Shown here in pieces: positions 62,788 through 64,000 of a stretch of 64,000 bases of DNA. The position numbers and the translations under genes were made by a program. Positions within the stretch are counted from its first letter, which is position 1. Each line of letters starts with the position of its first letter. The DNA is from an uncultured Chloroflexia bacterium (lineage in GTDB: Bacteria > Chloroflexota > Limnocylindria > Limnocylindrales > CSP1-4): positions 576,001 through 640,000 of the forward strand of contig CAVYIM010000004.1 in assembly GCA_963768655.1 (NCBI GenBank), read 5' to 3'. Under the pieces are notes generated by a model. That model was not told the origin of the DNA. It was given only the letters and a program-made list of their open reading frames with translations, and ran no database searches.

Positions 62788-63707
62788 GCGCCGGCAATCG
62801 CCTGAACGCCAGCTCGCCCGGGGGCAGCATCTACGACCTGGGCTACCGCCACTACGAAGGCAAGCGCCACGGCCGGCGGTTTGCGGCCTGGTCTCTCTAC
62901 GTCGAGAGCCTGCGCGGCATCTGGGGCTTCGGACGGCCGATGAGCGCCAAGGCGGCCCCGTTCATCCTCGCCGGCCTGTACGCCTTCTTCGCCTTCCTGC
63001 AGCTGGCTTTCTCCTCCACGATCGCGAACGAGATCAGCAGCGGCCAGCAGGTTGAGCTGCTCGCGTACGACAGCTACTTCACTCAGTTCGGGTTCCTGCT
63101 GATCCTCTTCTGCGTGGCCCAGGCCCCCGAAGTCGTGTGCCGCGACCAGCGATACCAGGTCCTGACGCTGTATTTCACGCGGGCGATGGGTCGTGCCGAC
63201 TACGCCCTCGCCAGGCTCGCGTCGCTCGCCACGGCGCTGTTCCTGGCTTTGATCGTGCCGATGATCGCCCTCTTCGTCGGCGACGTACTGATGAAGCCGG
63301 ACACGATCAGCGCCATCGGCGACGAACTGCCCAAAGCGCTGCCCGCCATCCCGGCCGATGTCCTGATCGCGGCGAGCATGGCCTCCATCTCGCTGGCACT
63401 CTCGTCCTTCTCGCCGCGCCGCGCCTACGCGGCCATCGGACTGATCGCCTACTTCCTCCTTATGGAGGCAGTGCCGGCGATCATCTACGCCGTTGCCCAC
63501 CAGGGCGGCGTCAACTCGGCCGACAAGCTCGTGCTCCTGACGCCGATCACGTCGCTCACCGGAGCCACGGACTGGTTCTTCGGCAAGGCGCTGACGGCCG
63601 ACTTCCCGGCGACGCTCGGGGCGGACGCGTATGTCCTGGCCTGCGTCGCGAGCGTGGCATTCTTCTCGGCAATCCTGCTCTTCCGCTATCGGAGGATGGC
63701 GGCATGA
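62784..63707 (+). CDS. ABC-2 type permease
   Basis: IYDLGYRHYEG, LYFTRAM, about six TM segments. GTGA overlap. Confidence 0.88.
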   Translation: MSAGNRLNASSPGGSIYDLGYRHYEGKRHGRRFAAWSLYVESLRGIWGFGRPMSAKAAPFILAGLYAFFAFLQLAFSSTIANEISSGQQVELLAYDSYFTQFGFLLILFCVAQAPEVVCRDQRYQVLTLYFTRAMGRADYALARLASLATALFLALIVPMIALFVGDVLMKPDTISAIGDELPKALPAIPADVLIAASMASISLALSSFSPRRAYAAIGLIAYFLLMEAVPAIIYAVAHQGGVNSADKLVLLTPITSLTGATDWFFGKALTADFPATLGADAYVLACVASVAFFSAILLFRYRRMAA

Positions 63708-64000
63708 CGGCCACGACCATTCCAGCCGGCGAGCCGGGCGCGGCGGTTCCGGCGATCGAGCTGGATCATGCCGCGCGCTGGTACGGCAACGTCGTTGCCG
63801 TCAACGACGTGAGCTTCAGCCTCGGCGCAGGAGTCACCGGCCTGCTCGGCCCCAATGGGGCAGGGAAGACGACGCTGCTGCACATGCTGGCCGGCTTCCT
63901 GGCGCCGTCGGCCGGCACGGTCCACGTCCTGGGCCGCAGCCCCCATCGCGACCCGTCCGTGTACCGCCAGATCGGGCTCGTGCCCGAGCGGGAGTCGGCG
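63704..64000 (+). CDS. Second ABC ATP-binding protein, 3' truncated
   Basis: WYGNVVAVNDVSF, GLLGPNGAGKTT. Confidence 0.9.
   Translation, partial: MTATTIPAGEPGAAVPAIELDHAARWYGNVVAVNDVSFSLGAGVTGLLGPNGAGKTTLLHMLAGFLAPSAGTVHVLGRSPHRDPSVYRQIGLVPERESA

Noticed and set aside
1-64000. CRISPR arrays, tRNA/rRNA genes, IS elements, integrases
   Set aside because: None seen. The longer tandem repeats are in-frame coding repeats without spacers.

Overview
High-GC bacterial DNA. About 59 kb of the window is one flagellar, chemotaxis and flagellin-glycosylation supercluster, followed by an exported beta-propeller gene, an HDOD gene and the start of an ABC-2 transporter operon. Order: motAB-fliLMNOPQR-flhBA-orf-fliA-flgF-galM, flgMNKL-fliW-csrA, GT, fliC, fliT-like, fliD, fliS, fliT-like, GT-fdtA-fdtB, an opposite-strand GNAT-ACP-SDR-MBL-FabH-adenylation cassette, a receiver gene, cheR, HD-GYP, cheA/X/W, cheB/Y/D/C, flaG, a PocR-like kinase with a NarL-type regulator, then flgC-fliEFGHIJ-M23/SLT-flgB-fliK-flgD-TIGR02530-like-flgE. 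No flgH/flgI/flgA is present in the window. Together with FliW/CsrA and CheC/CheD/CheX this suggests a monoderm host, possibly Chloroflexota (inference only). Most interesting observations: (1) a flagellin-like outer domain inserted into FlgK; (2) two flagellin-flanking glycosyltransferases carrying an identically spaced C2H2 zinc-finger insert, next to an ACP-based acyl-aminosugar cassette; (3) ten sigma28-like promoters readable by eye, two predicting near-leaderless mRNAs; (4) a candidate master-regulator two-component pair divergent from flgC; (5) a structured GGA-rich flgE leader. Two single-base anomalies in short A runs (an apparent FlgL-FliW fusion and an HDOD frameshift) may be sequencing errors. 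All calls come from motif recognition by eye; no searches were run.
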